In this document: positions 63,511 to 64,000 of the stretch, in pieces
How the letters are laid out: each line of letters begins with the position of its first letter
Position numbering within the stretch: the stretch's first letter is position 1
DNA from: Pseudomonas phage pPa_SNUABM_DT01
Sequence record: MW735835.1
DNA: 64,000 nucleotides
Direction: 5' to 3' (one strand)
Notes under the pieces: generated by a model
The model's input: only the letters and a program-made list of their open reading frames with translations
Told to the model about the DNA's origin: nothing
Database searches by the model: none
Translations under genes and position numbers: made by a program

Positions 63511-64000
63511 ATGAAACCCAGTCTCGAATCCCTGCTCGCCGATTCCCTCGGTGAGGTACAAGCCATTGCTGCCAAGACCGCTGGTACTGGCAACGCTGGC
63601 GATCTCGAACAACCCGGCCCCACCGAAAGCCTGGACCTGATCACTGCCGATCAGATTCAAGCCGAAGTCACCGAGCACCTGAAGGACGAGCGCTACAACG
63701 ATGGTGACATCCTGCGTGACGTCGAAAACGAGTTCTTCCTCGCCAACGAAGAAGAGCACGCTGCGATGCGTAAAGAGATCGCAGAAGTCCGTGAGATGGT
63801 CGGTGCTGTGTCGTCTTCGATGGAAATGCTCAGCGTCATCGCGTCGATGGAAAACGTCGACAGCACCGCGGTGATCACGGCGAACACCGCCATGGCCAAC
63901 ATCGCCAGTCAGTACGGCGAAGAGATGCCTCCGGTCCTCGTGGCCGAAGACGGTGCGTTCACCACGGCGTCGATGGAAGGCATGGTCGACTTCGTCAAGA
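63511..64000 (+). CDS. hypothetical protein, 3'-truncated at window edge
   Basis: AAGGATGG Shine-Dalgarno element. The frame is open from ATG 63511 to the window end (163 codons) with strong codon bias. It is absent from the ORF track because no stop falls within the window. Confidence 0.7.
   Translation, partial: MKPSLESLLADSLGEVQAIAAKTAGTGNAGDLEQPGPTESLDLITADQIQAEVTEHLKDERYNDGDILRDVENEFFLANEEEHAAMRKEIAEVREMVGAVSSSMEMLSVIASMENVDSTAVITANTAMANIASQYGEEMPPVLVAEDGAFTTASMEGMVDFVK

Noticed and set aside
1-64000. CRISPR arrays, integrases/transposases, IS elements or prophage attachment sites
   Set aside because: No regularly spaced direct repeats with unique spacers were seen, and no recombinase- or transposase-like ORFs (no R-H-R-Y or DDE signatures) were recognised. 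The only repeats are intragenic low-complexity coding repeats and the terminator hairpin family.

Overview
This window is a GC-rich (roughly 55-60% by eye), densely packed and mostly plus-strand segment that reads as part of a large phage genome, most consistent with a phiKZ-like, nucleus-forming jumbo phage. I see no host housekeeping genes.

The strongest evidence is a set of split multi-subunit RNA polymerase fragments. A beta-prime N-terminal fragment at 10925..12388 carries the N-terminal Zn-finger (C-x-C-x12-C-x2-C) and the NADFDGD catalytic loop. A contiguous cluster holds a beta N-terminal fragment (19594..21096), an RD/RG-tailed protein, a beta C-terminal fragment (22964..25189) and a beta-prime C-terminal fragment (25202..27304). 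A second, paralogous beta-prime C-terminal fragment lies on the minus strand (34515..35891), which implies two RNAP sets.

Immediately upstream of the beta-prime N fragment is a very highly codon-biased 635-aa gene at 8925..10832. Its position next to a beta-prime N gene and its size match the chimallin (phage-nucleus shell) gene of phiKZ-like phages. This assignment rests on synteny and size only, not on sequence identity.

Replication and DNA-processing genes:
- A family B DNA polymerase split into a stand-alone exonuclease module (minus strand, 48760..50490) and a palm/thumb module (3955..6240).
- An SF2 helicase (27751..29304).
- An Mre11/SbcD-like phosphoesterase (15006..16172).
- An SSB-like protein with the canonical acidic C-terminal tip (17117..17890).

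Accessory functions include a macro domain protein, a CX5R Cys-phosphatase, an HD-domain protein, a membrane M48-type Zn-metallopeptidase, a glycine-rich protein and many small ORFs of unknown function.

There is a ~1.3 kb protein-free locus at 42940..44270. It contains tRNA-Asn(GTT), tRNA-Asp(GTC), a tRNA-like acceptor/T-arm remnant and long perfect inverted repeats, and it ends in a terminator, so it is a candidate structured non-coding RNA locus.

About 25 rho-independent terminator hairpins are visible, several of them bidirectional at strand switches, many belonging to one sequence family with CATAGAG upstream and TTATGCC downstream. A recurrent ATACATTATC motif sits 30-90 bp upstream of several genes and is a candidate phage promoter.

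The most unusual item is the minus-strand operon at 31604..36721: a 277-aa protein, the second beta-prime C paralog, and a 968-aa protein built from about ten tandem ~85-aa repeats (W-S-x-x-E-L-x-A-W-x-x-G-E-I ...) with a Pro/Glu-rich linker.

All product calls are from motif reading by eye. No database searches were possible, so every call should be treated as provisional.
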